DNA of 32,796 nucleotides from Actinomycetota bacterium. Lineage in GTDB: Bacteria; Actinomycetota; Actinomycetes; S36-B12. This document shows positions 19,064-27,234 of the stretch, piece by piece. A program made the position numbers and the translations under genes. Location of the stretch: contig JBEGLG010000113.1 of the NCBI GenBank assembly GCA_041183645.1, positions 1 to 32,796 of the forward strand. The letters are read 5' to 3'. Below the pieces are notes generated by a model that saw only the letters and a program-made list of their open reading frames with translations, was not told where the DNA came from and did no database searches. Positions within the stretch are counted from its first letter, which is position 1; each line of letters begins with the position of its first letter.

Positions 19064-20899
19064 TCAGAAGGAGTCTTCGGCCAGTTCCATGACGTCGAGG
19101 GTGGTGGCCTCGGCGACCGCGCGTTCGCCTGAGATCAGGGGCAGTCGATTGCGCGCGAACCACCGTGCGGTCTCGATCTTGCCCTCGTAGAACAGGCGAT
19201 CGCGCTCGGAGACCTCGCCCTTCAGCGCTCGCTCAGCGACCTCGGCCTGGCGCAGCAGCAGCCAGCCGATCATGAGGTCGCCGGAGGTCATGAGCAGGCG
19301 CGTGGTGTTGAGGCCGACGCGGTAGATCTCCTGTGAGCTCGCCTGCGCCGCCATGGCCCACTGGCCCATGACTCCGACGATGGCCTGGACATCCTCGAGT
19401 GCCTTGCCGAGCAGCTCGCGCTCGACAGCGAACTTGCCTGAGCCATCGTCGCCCTTGACCGTCTCGGTGATCTGCGTGGCAATGAAGAACAGTGCCTTGA
19501 ACTGATCCTTGACCATCTTGCGGAAGAAGAAGTCGAGACCCTGGATAGCGGTCGTGCCTTCGTACAGCGTGTCGATCTTGGCGTCGCGGATGTACTGCTC
19601 GGCGGGATAGTCCTGCAGGAAGCCACTGCCGCCGTAGGTCTGCAGCGCCACGGCGAGCATCTCGTACGAGCGCTCGGAGCCGACACCCTTGACGATCGGC
19701 AGCATGAGGTCGTTGATGCGTACGGCCATGTCGAGATCGATGTCGGCATTGCCGGCCTCGCCCATCTCGATCATGTCCTGCCAGTAGGCGGTGTAGGCAA
19801 TGAGTGCGCGCATGCCCTCGGCATACGACTTCTGCAGCATCAGGCTGCGGCGCACATCGGGGTGATGGGTGATGGTCACCCGGGGGGCCGTCTTGTCCAT
19901 CTGCATCGTCAGATCAGCACCCTGCACACGAGTCTTCGCATACTCGAGTGCATTGAGGTATCCGGTCGAGAGCGTGGCTATGGCCTTGGTGCCCACCATC
20001 ATGCGCGCGTACTCGATCACCTTGAACATCTGCGCGATGCCATCGTGCACATCGCCGATCAGCCAGCCGATGGCCGGCTCCTTCTCGCCGAAAGTCATCT
20101 CGCAGGTGGTCGAGACCTTCAGGCCCATCTTCTTCTCGACGTTGGTGGCGTAAACACCGTTGCGTCCTTGAATTTCACCGGTCTCGAGATCGACGAAGTA
20201 CTTGGGCACCAGGAAGAGCGAGAGTCCCTTGGTACCCGGGCCGGCACCTTCGGGACGAGCGAGAACGAGATGCACGATGTTGTCGGTCATGTCGTGCTCA
20301 CCGGAGGTGATGAATCGCTTGACGCCCTCGATGCGCCACGTGCCATCGCCGTTGTCGAATGCCTTCGTGCGACCGGCACCGACATCGGATCCCGCATCGG
20401 GCTCGGTGAGCACCATCGTGGCGCCCCAGCCGTTGTCGATCATCAACTGGGCCCAGCGCTTCTGGTCGGCATTGCCGAGGCTGTCGACGATGCTGGCGAA
20501 GCCGGGGCCTGACATGAACATGAACGCGGCGGGGTTGGCGCCAAGCAGGAGCTCGCTGGCTGCCCAGCGCAACGACGGCGGAGCGCCGGTGCCGCCAAGG
20601 TGCTCGGGGAGATCGAGGCGCCACCACTCGGAGTCCATCAGCGCGGCGAAGCTCTTCTTGAAGCCCTCAGGCATGACGACTGTCTTGGTCGCAGGGTCAT
20701 AGATCGGAGGGGTGCGGTCAGCCTCGGCGAAGGATTCCGCCAGCGGGCCGGTGGCCAGGCGATCGACCTCGTGGAGGATCTCGCGGGCGGTGTCGACGTC
20801 CATCTCGGCGTACGGGCCCGAGCCCATGCGCTCTCCGGCTCCGAAGACCTCGAAGAGGTTGAACTCGAGATCGCGGACATTGCTTTTGTAGTGGGACAT
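19064..20899 (-). CDS. fadE: Large acyl-CoA dehydrogenase, FadE5-like
   Basis: [18 protein letters not shown]..., [55 protein letters not shown] and [18 protein letters not shown] closely match M. tuberculosis FadE5 (Rv0244c) from memory. Start set at the second ATG (20899), which gives a 6-nt spacer from GAGGA and the MSHYKS N-terminus. The ORF-track ATG at 20905 is 2 codons upstream. Confidence 0.9.
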   Translation of the reverse strand: MSHYKSNVRDLEFNLFEVFGAGERMGSGPYAEMDVDTAREILHEVDRLATGPLAESFAEADRTPPIYDPATKTVVMPEGFKKSFAALMDSEWWRLDLPEHLGGTGAPPSLRWAASELLLGANPAAFMFMSGPGFASIVDSLGNADQKRWAQLMIDNGWGATMVLTEPDAGSDVGAGRTKAFDNGDGTWRIEGVKRFITSGEHDMTDNIVHLVLARPEGAGPGTKGLSLFLVPKYFVDLETGEIQGRNGVYATNVEKKMGLKVSTTCEMTFGEKEPAIGWLIGDVHDGIAQMFKVIEYARMMVGTKAIATLSTGYLNALEYAKTRVQGADLTMQMDKTAPRVTITHHPDVRRSLMLQKSYAEGMRALIAYTAYWQDMIEMGEAGNADIDLDMAVRINDLMLPIVKGVGSERSYEMLAVALQTYGGSGFLQDYPAEQYIRDAKIDTLYEGTTAIQGLDFFFRKMVKDQFKALFFIATQITETVKGDDGSGKFAVERELLGKALEDVQAIVGVMGQWAMAAQASSQEIYRVGLNTTRLLMTSGDLMIGWLLLRQAEVAERALKGEVSERDRLFYEGKIETARWFARNRLPLISGERAVAEATTLDVMELAEDSF

Positions 20900-20917
20900 C
20901 GCCATTCCTCAATCGTG

Positions 20918-20933
20918 GTTACTCGCCAGTAAC
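20918..20933. promoter_or_regulatory. 6-4-6 palindrome GTTACT-cgcc-AGTAAC, candidate operator in the fadE / DPA-operon divergent region
   Basis: Perfect inverted hexamers immediately upstream of the fadE SD, 19-34 nt from ATG 20899. Confidence 0.3.
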
Positions 20934-21021
20934 AACATGATGCCCCCCTTTGGTTGCCATTGCAAGCGCTCTGGGCACGGACGGAGCTGGCGTTGCCCCA
21001 AGCGTCGGGAACAATGTCCCC

Positions 21022-21501
21022 ATGACCGCGTCGTGGAGCACCTCGGTGACCCCCGTGGCTCCGCCGCGCGCGGCTAACCCGCGACTTCGCTTCCTTATCT
21101 ATGCAGCCACCGTCACCGGCATCTGGTCCGGCCTGCTCTGCCTGCTGGTTTTCGGCATCGGCCACCTCGCCCACGTGAGCTTCGTAGTCGAGCAGCCCGA
21201 CGGCTCCCTGGCACCGATCAGCTGGCTGGCTGTCTTGCTCGTGCCGCTGCTGGTTGCCTACGTGGCGGCCCTGCTGTCGGCCCTGCTGCGCGGGCGAGCG
21301 CACGGCGGCCGCATTGTCTTCTGGCTGGGCACCGTGCTGGCGATTGCCAGTGCCTACGGACCGCTCTCCCAGCCCATCGGCTGGTCATCGCGTGTCCTGC
21401 TGCTGATCATGCATGCGATCACCTGGGCACTCGTGGTGCCGCAGCTCGCGCGCATCGTGGGCGATTCCGAACCGGGGGCATCCGTTGACCGCAGTGAGTG
21501 A
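21022..21501 (+). CDS. Small 4-TM membrane protein of unknown function, first cistron of the DPA operon
   Basis: MTASWSTSVTPVAPP... followed by four hydrophobic helices. No PAP2 or other catalytic motif seen. Its stop overlaps the next gene's GTG (GTGAGTGA). Start could instead be TTG 20950. Confidence 0.55.
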   Translation: MTASWSTSVTPVAPPRAANPRLRFLIYAATVTGIWSGLLCLLVFGIGHLAHVSFVVEQPDGSLAPISWLAVLLVPLLVAYVAALLSALLRGRAHGGRIVFWLGTVLAIASAYGPLSQPIGWSSRVLLLIMHAITWALVVPQLARIVGDSEPGASVDRSE

Positions 21502-22396
21502 GATCCCCGATCGTTCCGTGGTGGTCGCTGCCGTAGTCGCGATGCGTCCGCGTCAGTGGCTCAAGAATGTTCTCGTCTTCGCAGCGCCGCTGGCCGCAGG
21601 CTCACTCTTCGAGCCAGACGTCCTGATTCCGTCACTCGTCGCCTTCGTCGCGTTCTGCCTGATCTCGAGCTCTACCTACATCATCAATGATCTGCGCGAC
21701 ATCCCGGCAGATCAGCAGCATCCGACCAAGCGCGCAAGACCGATTCCCGCAGGCCACCTTCCCCGCACCGCCGCCGTTGTCGAGGCACTGGTGCTGGCGC
21801 TGCTCGCTGTCGCGATCTCCGCGGCAGTGCGACCCGCGCTCGTCGCAGTCGTAGTCGTCTACTTCATCTTCACCCTGTCGTACTCGCTCTTCCTCAAGCA
21901 CGAGCCCGTCATCGAGCTGGCGCTTCTCGCCATGGGCTTCCTGCTGCGCGCGATTGCCGGCGGTGTCGCCTCGGATCTGCCGATCTCGCAGTGGTTCCTC
22001 ATCGTCGCGGGCTTCGGCTCGCTGTTCATGGCCGCCGGCAAGCGAGCGAGTGAACTGCAGGCCGCAAATGCAGTGGGCGAGGGCACTGCAGTCACGCAGC
22101 GCAAGAGCCTGGCGGGCTACACGCCCGGCTACCTGCGCTTCGTCTGGGGCACCGCCGCCGCCGTCACCATCAGCGCGTACTGCCTGTGGGCCTTCGACGT
22201 CGCGAGCCAGCCTGCCAGCCTGCCGTGGGCAGAGTGGAGCATCGTGCCGTTCGTGCTCGCGATCCTGCGCTATGCCGTGGTGATCGATAACGGTGGCGGC
22301 GAAGCACCTGAGGATGCCGTGCTGCGTGACCATGTGCTGCAGATTCTCGGCCTGGCCTGGATCATCCTGTTCGCACTCGGCGCGCTGGGGGTCTGA
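21494..22396 (+). CDS. Decaprenyl-phosphate phosphoribosyltransferase (UbiA-family DPPR synthase, Rv3806c-like)
   Basis: MRPRQWLKNVLVFAAPLAAG, YIINDLRDIPADQQHPTKRARPIPAG, LLRAIAGGVAS, GSLFMAAGKRASEL and YLRFVW...LRYAV are collinear with M. tuberculosis Rv3806c from memory. GTG 21494 overlaps the upstream stop; ATG 21542 is an alternative. Confidence 0.88.
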   Translation: MSEIPDRSVVVAAVVAMRPRQWLKNVLVFAAPLAAGSLFEPDVLIPSLVAFVAFCLISSSTYIINDLRDIPADQQHPTKRARPIPAGHLPRTAAVVEALVLALLAVAISAAVRPALVAVVVVYFIFTLSYSLFLKHEPVIELALLAMGFLLRAIAGGVASDLPISQWFLIVAGFGSLFMAAGKRASELQAANAVGEGTAVTQRKSLAGYTPGYLRFVWGTAAAVTISAYCLWAFDVASQPASLPWAEWSIVPFVLAILRYAVVIDNGGGEAPEDAVLRDHVLQILGLAWIILFALGALGV

Positions 22397-22397
22397 C

Positions 22398-23792
22398 ATG
22401 AGTACCAAGGCCGTCAAGAAGTCGATCGCACCGGTGAACCCACTGCGGCGCGACGACAACGAGCGACTCCTGACCGGATGGGGCCGCACGGCGCCGAGCA
22501 TGGCGCACGTGGTGCGACCGGAGTCGGTCGACGAAGTGCGTGATCTCGTCGCCAAGGCGGGCGAGCGCGGCATCCTCGCGCGAGGTCTCGGCCGCTCCTA
22601 TGGCGATGCGGCGCAGGCCGGTGGCGGCACGGTTCTCGACATGAGTGCCTTCGATTCGATCGACCTCGACACCGTGCACGGAACCGTGACCGCAGGCTCG
22701 GGCATCAGCCTCGACGCATTGCTCAAGACCCTCGTACCCGCCGGCTATTTCGTGCCGGTGACTCCGGGCACGCGCATGATCACTGTCGGTGGTGCCATTG
22801 CAGCCGACGTACACGGCAAGAACCATCACGTCGAGGGCAGTTTCGGCTCGCATGTGCACGCACTCGATCTCGTCACCGGTCACGGGCGCGTCGAGGATCT
22901 CGCGCCCACGCGCAAGGCAGATCACTTCTGGGCAACCGTCGGCGGCATGGGCCTGACCGGAGTGGTGACCAAGGCGACCTTCGATCTCATCCCGATTACC
23001 AGCTCGCTCATCAGCGTCGACACCGTGCGCTGCCCTGATCTCGACTCGGTGATGTCGAGCATGGTCGAGCACGACGACAACTACCGCTACAGCGTGGCCT
23101 GGATCGACTCAGTCTCGCCGTCGGGCCGAGGTGTCATTACCCGCGGCGACCACGCACCTTCCTCGCAACTCGATCCGAAGCAGGCGGAATCCCCGCTCGC
23201 CTACGATCCGAAGATCGTGGCCACGGCGCCGCCGTTCGTGCCCTCCGGCCTGCTGAACAAGTTCACCGTGCGTGCCTTCAACGAAGCTTGGTTCCGCAAG
23301 GCGCCGAAGAGCCGGCAGGGCGAACTGCAGCCGATCGGCGAGTTCTTCCATCCGCTCGACGGCGTGCAGGAGTGGAACCGCGTCTACGGACCTGGCGGCT
23401 TCATTCAGTATCAGTTCGTCGTGCCCGACTCGGCCGGCTACCTCATCGACTATGCACTCAAGCGGCTGCGCGAAGTCGGAGCCCCGAGCTTCCTGACCGT
23501 TCTCAAGCGCTTCGGCGCCGCGAATCCGGCACCCCTGTCATTCCCGCAGCCCGGCTGGACTCTCGCTGCCGACGTCCCCGCCCGGGTCGAGGGCCTCGGC
23601 GGTGTCCTAGACGAGCTCGATGGTCTCGTCGCGGCGAGTGGCGGACGTCTGTACTTCGCGAAGGACTCCCGTCAGTCACCGGAGATGGTGGCGCAGACCT
23701 ACCCGCGCCTTGCCGAATGGCAGGGTGTGCGTGATCAGATGGATCCTCGCGGCATTTTCACCTCCGATCTCGCGCGACGCCTGTCGCTCTAG
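22398..23792 (+). CDS. dprE1: Decaprenylphosphoryl-beta-D-ribose 2'-oxidase (FAD)
   Basis: LLTGWGRTAPS, GLGRSYGDAAQ, TVGGAIAADVHGKNHH, GFIQYQFVVP, APLSFPQPGW and GGRLYFAKDSR...FTSDLARRL match M. tuberculosis DprE1 (Rv3790). ATG lies 1 nt after the upstream TGA. Confidence 0.9.
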   Translation: MSTKAVKKSIAPVNPLRRDDNERLLTGWGRTAPSMAHVVRPESVDEVRDLVAKAGERGILARGLGRSYGDAAQAGGGTVLDMSAFDSIDLDTVHGTVTAGSGISLDALLKTLVPAGYFVPVTPGTRMITVGGAIAADVHGKNHHVEGSFGSHVHALDLVTGHGRVEDLAPTRKADHFWATVGGMGLTGVVTKATFDLIPITSSLISVDTVRCPDLDSVMSSMVEHDDNYRYSVAWIDSVSPSGRGVITRGDHAPSSQLDPKQAESPLAYDPKIVATAPPFVPSGLLNKFTVRAFNEAWFRKAPKSRQGELQPIGEFFHPLDGVQEWNRVYGPGGFIQYQFVVPDSAGYLIDYALKRLREVGAPSFLTVLKRFGAANPAPLSFPQPGWTLAADVPARVEGLGGVLDELDGLVAASGGRLYFAKDSRQSPEMVAQTYPRLAEWQGVRDQMDPRGIFTSDLARRLSL

Positions 23793-23827
23793 TCGTACTC
23801 ACCGCATCACCAACTCAGGGAGATCAC

Positions 23828-24595
23828 ATGATGGACGCACTCGGCGAGCCGCAGTCGGTTCTGGTACTCGGCGGCAGCAGCGAGATCGCCCTCGAGACGG
23901 TGAAGGCGTTGCCACGCAATCGCCTGCGCAGAGTGCTCCTCGCCGGGCGTCCGAATGCCGCTCGACACGCAGCCGTGGAGTCGCTCACCGCGCTCGGCAT
24001 CGCGGGTGTCGAGGCAGTCGACTTCGACGCCAAGGACACCTCGTCACATGGCGCCGTCATCGATGGCGTCTTCGATGCGAGCGATGTCGACCTGGTCATT
24101 CTCGCCTTCGGTGTGCTCGGCGATCAGGATGCTGCCGAGGCAGATCCGAGCCTGGCGGTCGAGGTGGCCACCACGAACTACACAGGTGCTGTCAGTGTCG
24201 GTCTTCATGTCGCGCGCCGACTGCGCAAGCAGGGCCACGGCGCACTCGTCGTGCTCTCCAGCGTTGCTGCCGATCGCGCGCGTCGCGCGAACTATGTCTA
24301 CGGCTCGACGAAGGCCGGGCTTGACGCTTTCGCTCAGGGCCTCGGCGATGCCCTCCACGGCTCAGGTGCCTCGGTACTCGTCGTGCGCCCCGGATTCGTG
24401 CGCACCCGCATGACCGCCGGCATGCCCGAAGCCCCCATGACCACGAACCCGCAGGATGTTGCCGAGATCATCGTGAAGGCACTGCGCAAGGGCAAGGAGA
24501 CCGTCTACGCGCCGGGCCCGCTGATGTATGTCATGGGCGTCATGAAGAATCTGCCGCGCCCGGTCTTCCGCAAGATCAGCGAGAAGCAGGGCTAG
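23828..24595 (+). CDS. dprE2: Decaprenylphospho-2'-keto-D-ribose reductase (SDR)
   Basis: MMDALGEPQSVLVLGGSSEIALE compared with Rv3791 [23 protein letters not shown]. SDR catalytic YGSTKAG. GGGAG SD. Follows dprE1. Confidence 0.9.
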   Translation: MMDALGEPQSVLVLGGSSEIALETVKALPRNRLRRVLLAGRPNAARHAAVESLTALGIAGVEAVDFDAKDTSSHGAVIDGVFDASDVDLVILAFGVLGDQDAAEADPSLAVEVATTNYTGAVSVGLHVARRLRKQGHGALVVLSSVAADRARRANYVYGSTKAGLDAFAQGLGDALHGSGASVLVVRPGFVRTRMTAGMPEAPMTTNPQDVAEIIVKALRKGKETVYAPGPLMYVMGVMKNLPRPVFRKISEKQG

Positions 24596-24970
24596 TCACT
24601 TCTTAGCGCGCTGCTTGCGATACGTGTCGAGATCGAAGTAGTCGCGCCAGAGGCAGATCTTTCCGTCGCGCACCTTGAAGAGTGCCGCGATCGGGATCTC
24701 GATCCAGGTGCCATCGACCAGGAAGCAGTCGACCCGCTCGTTCATGACGGTGTCTCCCTGCTCGATTTGCTCCAGCACGCGCCATTCGATGTCGGTGGCC
24801 TCTTGCGTGACACCCGCGCTCAGCACCTTGCGCACGCCCTCAGGCCCGTAGACCTTGCCCATCGGCACGTTGTCGTACTCGATGTCGTCGGTGACGAGCG
24901 AGCAGGCGCGATCGAGGTCGCGTGCCTCGCACGCACGCACCAGTGCGGTGACGAGCTCGCCAGGGGTCAT
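24596..24970 (-). CDS. Limonene-1,2-epoxide hydrolase (LEH) family protein (NTF2/SnoaL fold)
   Basis: MTPGELV... 124 aa. DDIEYDNVPMGKVYGPEGV, MNERVDCF and GKICLWRDYFDL align with Rhodococcus erythropolis LEH EDTMYQNMPLPPAYGRDAV, YTERVDVL and GKITGWRDYFDL. All five catalytic residues (Tyr, Asn, Arg, Asp, Asp) are conserved. The start overlaps the P450 stop (ATGA). Confidence 0.85.
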   Translation of the reverse strand: MTPGELVTALVRACEARDLDRACSLVTDDIEYDNVPMGKVYGPEGVRKVLSAGVTQEATDIEWRVLEQIEQGDTVMNERVDCFLVDGTWIEIPIAALFKVRDGKICLWRDYFDLDTYRKQRAKK

Positions 24971-26223
24971 CGATGTACCACGCGCACGGGCAGCTCGAGC
25001 AGGCCGCGCAATCCATAGCTGGGCCCATAGCGAAGTGCGGCACGATCGACGACTTCGAGTGCAGTGACATTCTCGGCGAGTGCGCGAAGTGCCGACGATG
25101 CCTCGATGCGTGCGAGACCGGCGCCGACGCACACGTGAATGCCGTGCCCGAAGGAGAGGTGCTCCTTCACGTTCTCGCGCAGCGGATCGAAGGAATCGGC
25201 ATTCGGGAACACCGACTCATCGCGATTAGCCGAGCTGTAGGCGAGGAATACGGTGCTCTCGGCCGGCAGGTGCACGCCGTGGAAGTCGACATCGCGCGTG
25301 ACTCTGCGCCACAGTCCCATCACGGGGGCTGCCATGCGGATGCCCTCCTCGACCACTCCCTTGCGGAAGGCCTCGTCATCGCGTACGCGATCCCAGATGG
25401 CCGGATCAGACGCACGCATCTCGTCGAGATGGCAGAGGATCTCGCCGAGGGAGCGGATGGTGGTCTCGTTGCCGGCGACGATGAGCTCGCGCACGAGCCA
25501 GACGAGTTCCTGATTGGTCAGGGGAGTCTCGCCCTCCTCCGCCGTGACCAACTGGCTCAGGAGATCCTCGCGCGGATTCGCGCGGCGATCGTCGAGGATC
25601 TCGCAGATGACGGTCTGGAATTCGAGGATGTCGTTCTCCACCTCGATCCATCGCTCAGCCGTGAGCTTGCCGCCGAGCGAGGCATTCGAGGAGTCGGACC
25701 AGCGGCGCAGGTCATCGCGGTACTTATCCTCGATACCCAGGATGCGCATGATCGCCCAGACCGGAAGCGGCACCGTGATGTTCTCGACCGCATCGATCAC
25801 TTCGCCATCGACGAGTCGGGCCGCGATCTGGTCGGCGACCTCGTCGACGAGTGGTTCCATCCAGTTCAGCGATCGCACGGTGAAACTGCGATTGACCATC
25901 TTGCGATAGCGCGTGTGCTCAGGCGCATCGTTGTTGCCGAGCGCAGGCGTGTAGGGGTAACCCTTCGATCGGATCTCGGCGAGCTGATCGGCGATCTCGG
26001 CCGGCGGCTCACTTCGGCGGGCATGCGGCATCAGGTTCGAGAAGAGACCCGGATCCATGAGCGCTTCGCGCACATACGGCCAGGTGGTGACGAAGAAGAG
26101 ACCGGGAGTATCGGGGATCTCGTAGACCGGCGCCTCGGCACGCAGCATGGCGTACGAGGGGAAGGGATTCTGGTAGAACGAATCGTCATGCGGATTCACG
26201 GCGGGGATCGTGGCTGACGTCAT
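24967..26223 (-). CDS. Cytochrome P450 monooxygenase
   Basis: Heme loop FGHGIHVCVGAGLA, I-helix LIVAGNETT, ExxR EEGIRM. Start chosen at ATG 26223 (MTSATIPAVNPHDD...) because it is preceded by TACCGT-N6. The longer ORF-track start at 26271 remains possible. Confidence 0.88.
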   Translation of the reverse strand: MTSATIPAVNPHDDSFYQNPFPSYAMLRAEAPVYEIPDTPGLFFVTTWPYVREALMDPGLFSNLMPHARRSEPPAEIADQLAEIRSKGYPYTPALGNNDAPEHTRYRKMVNRSFTVRSLNWMEPLVDEVADQIAARLVDGEVIDAVENITVPLPVWAIMRILGIEDKYRDDLRRWSDSSNASLGGKLTAERWIEVENDILEFQTVICEILDDRRANPREDLLSQLVTAEEGETPLTNQELVWLVRELIVAGNETTIRSLGEILCHLDEMRASDPAIWDRVRDDEAFRKGVVEEGIRMAAPVMGLWRRVTRDVDFHGVHLPAESTVFLAYSSANRDESVFPNADSFDPLRENVKEHLSFGHGIHVCVGAGLARIEASSALRALAENVTALEVVDRAALRYGPSYGLRGLLELPVRVVHR

Positions 26224-26229
26224 GGCGCC

Positions 26230-26235
26230 ACGGTA
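26230..26235 (-). promoter_or_regulatory. -10-like TANNNT box (TACCGT) 6 nt upstream of ATG 26223 (leaderless-type promoter of the P450-LEH pair)
   Basis: Minus strand reads TACCGT-GGCGCC-ATG. There is no SD before either candidate start. Confidence 0.4.
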
Positions 26236-26345
26236 GGGCAGATTCTGGAGTCCATCAAGAGAAACTGTCATCTTGGGCGGTCTCGGCTAGGGTCTCGCTG
26301 GGCCGTCACGGTCAACACATACGTGAGGCTTAGTGAGGGAGAGCC

Positions 26346-27158
26346 ATGTCGATCAAGCACTCTGCTGAGTCGCTGGTCGAGCGCGGCCTTGAGACCTATC
26401 CCGGCGAAGTCGTCAAGCGCTTCTATGAGCTGCAGCTGACCGACAAGGCCATGGGCCTGGCCGCCCAGGGATTCATTGCACTGCTTCCGATGATCATCGT
26501 CGTAATCTCCGTTGTCCTCAGACAGAACGGAGCAGTCGTCGGCAAGTTCATCATCGACCGCTTCTCGCTCGGTGGTGCCGGTGAAGAGGCAGTGACCGCC
26601 CTCTTCGCCACCTCAGTCACCGTGGCAGCGGTCTCCTGGCTGGCCGTCGTGCTCACCACATTGTCAGCGCTGTCCCTGGCCCGACGACTCGCCTCGGTCT
26701 ATGCCTCGATCTTCGATGCACCCAAACTGCCGGGCCGACAGGTGTGGCGGGCGCTGCTGTGGATCTTGCTTCAAGTGATCATGATCTGCGCCGCAGCCGG
26801 TCTTCGCGACGTCTGGCGACACGGAGGCCTAGCCCTCACCATGCTCGCGGGTCTGCTTCTCGCCGTTCTCTGGGGGGCCGGAGATGCCTTCGGGGTACAC
26901 CTCCTCGTCCCCTCTGTCGGTCGAGGCCAACTGGTCGCTGTCGGCGTCCTCAGTGCAATCGGGCACATCGCACTGTCGATGTGGTCAATCTTCTATATGC
27001 CTCGTGCCTTGGAGTCCCAGGCCGAGCAATTCGGTGCCATAGGTGTCACCTTTGCCCTCTTCACGCTCATCCTCGTAGCGGTCGTGATCATGCTCGTGGC
27101 CCCGCTCATGGTGTCGACGTGGGAGATTCGGAAGCAACGTCACTCGCAGCATCCCTGA
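26346..27158 (+). CDS. Polytopic membrane protein, YihY/BrkB-like (tentative)
   Basis: 270 aa, about 6 TM. The N-terminal amphipathic region followed by GLAAQGFIALLPMIIVV resembles YihY-family starts. GGGAGAG SD. More A/T-ending codons than neighbouring genes. Confidence 0.5.
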   Translation: MSIKHSAESLVERGLETYPGEVVKRFYELQLTDKAMGLAAQGFIALLPMIIVVISVVLRQNGAVVGKFIIDRFSLGGAGEEAVTALFATSVTVAAVSWLAVVLTTLSALSLARRLASVYASIFDAPKLPGRQVWRALLWILLQVIMICAAAGLRDVWRHGGLALTMLAGLLLAVLWGAGDAFGVHLLVPSVGRGQLVAVGVLSAIGHIALSMWSIFYMPRALESQAEQFGAIGVTFALFTLILVAVVIMLVAPLMVSTWEIRKQRHSQHP

Positions 27159-27234
27159 AGGGTCGCGCCCGCTGATAGCGTCTCGCTCCAAATGTGGGCG
27201 CGACGTGCGCCGGTTCCGGAAAGGTGATGTGTCC

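Noticed and set aside
22293-22397. N-terminal extensions of dprE1 (22293), the DPPR synthase (21413), the LEH (25132), the VOC protein (27205) and the membrane protein (20950) as given by the longest-ORF track
   Set aside because: The extensions overlap the preceding genes and are Cys/Arg/Ser-rich nonsense. Homologous proteins start at the shorter positions, which also show stop/start coupling or an SD.
24973-26217. 414-aa plus-strand ORF antisense to the P450 gene
   Set aside because: The P450 frame carries the heme-loop, I-helix and ExxR motifs. The antisense product is a low-complexity Gly/Arg/Asp/Glu/Leu sequence.
27162-27204. GTCGCGCCC ... GGGCGCGAC inverted repeat after the YihY-like gene as a terminator
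   Set aside because: A 9-bp stem with a 25-nt loop is weak for an intrinsic terminator. It may simply be spacer sequence ahead of the VOC gene, so I did not list it as a feature.
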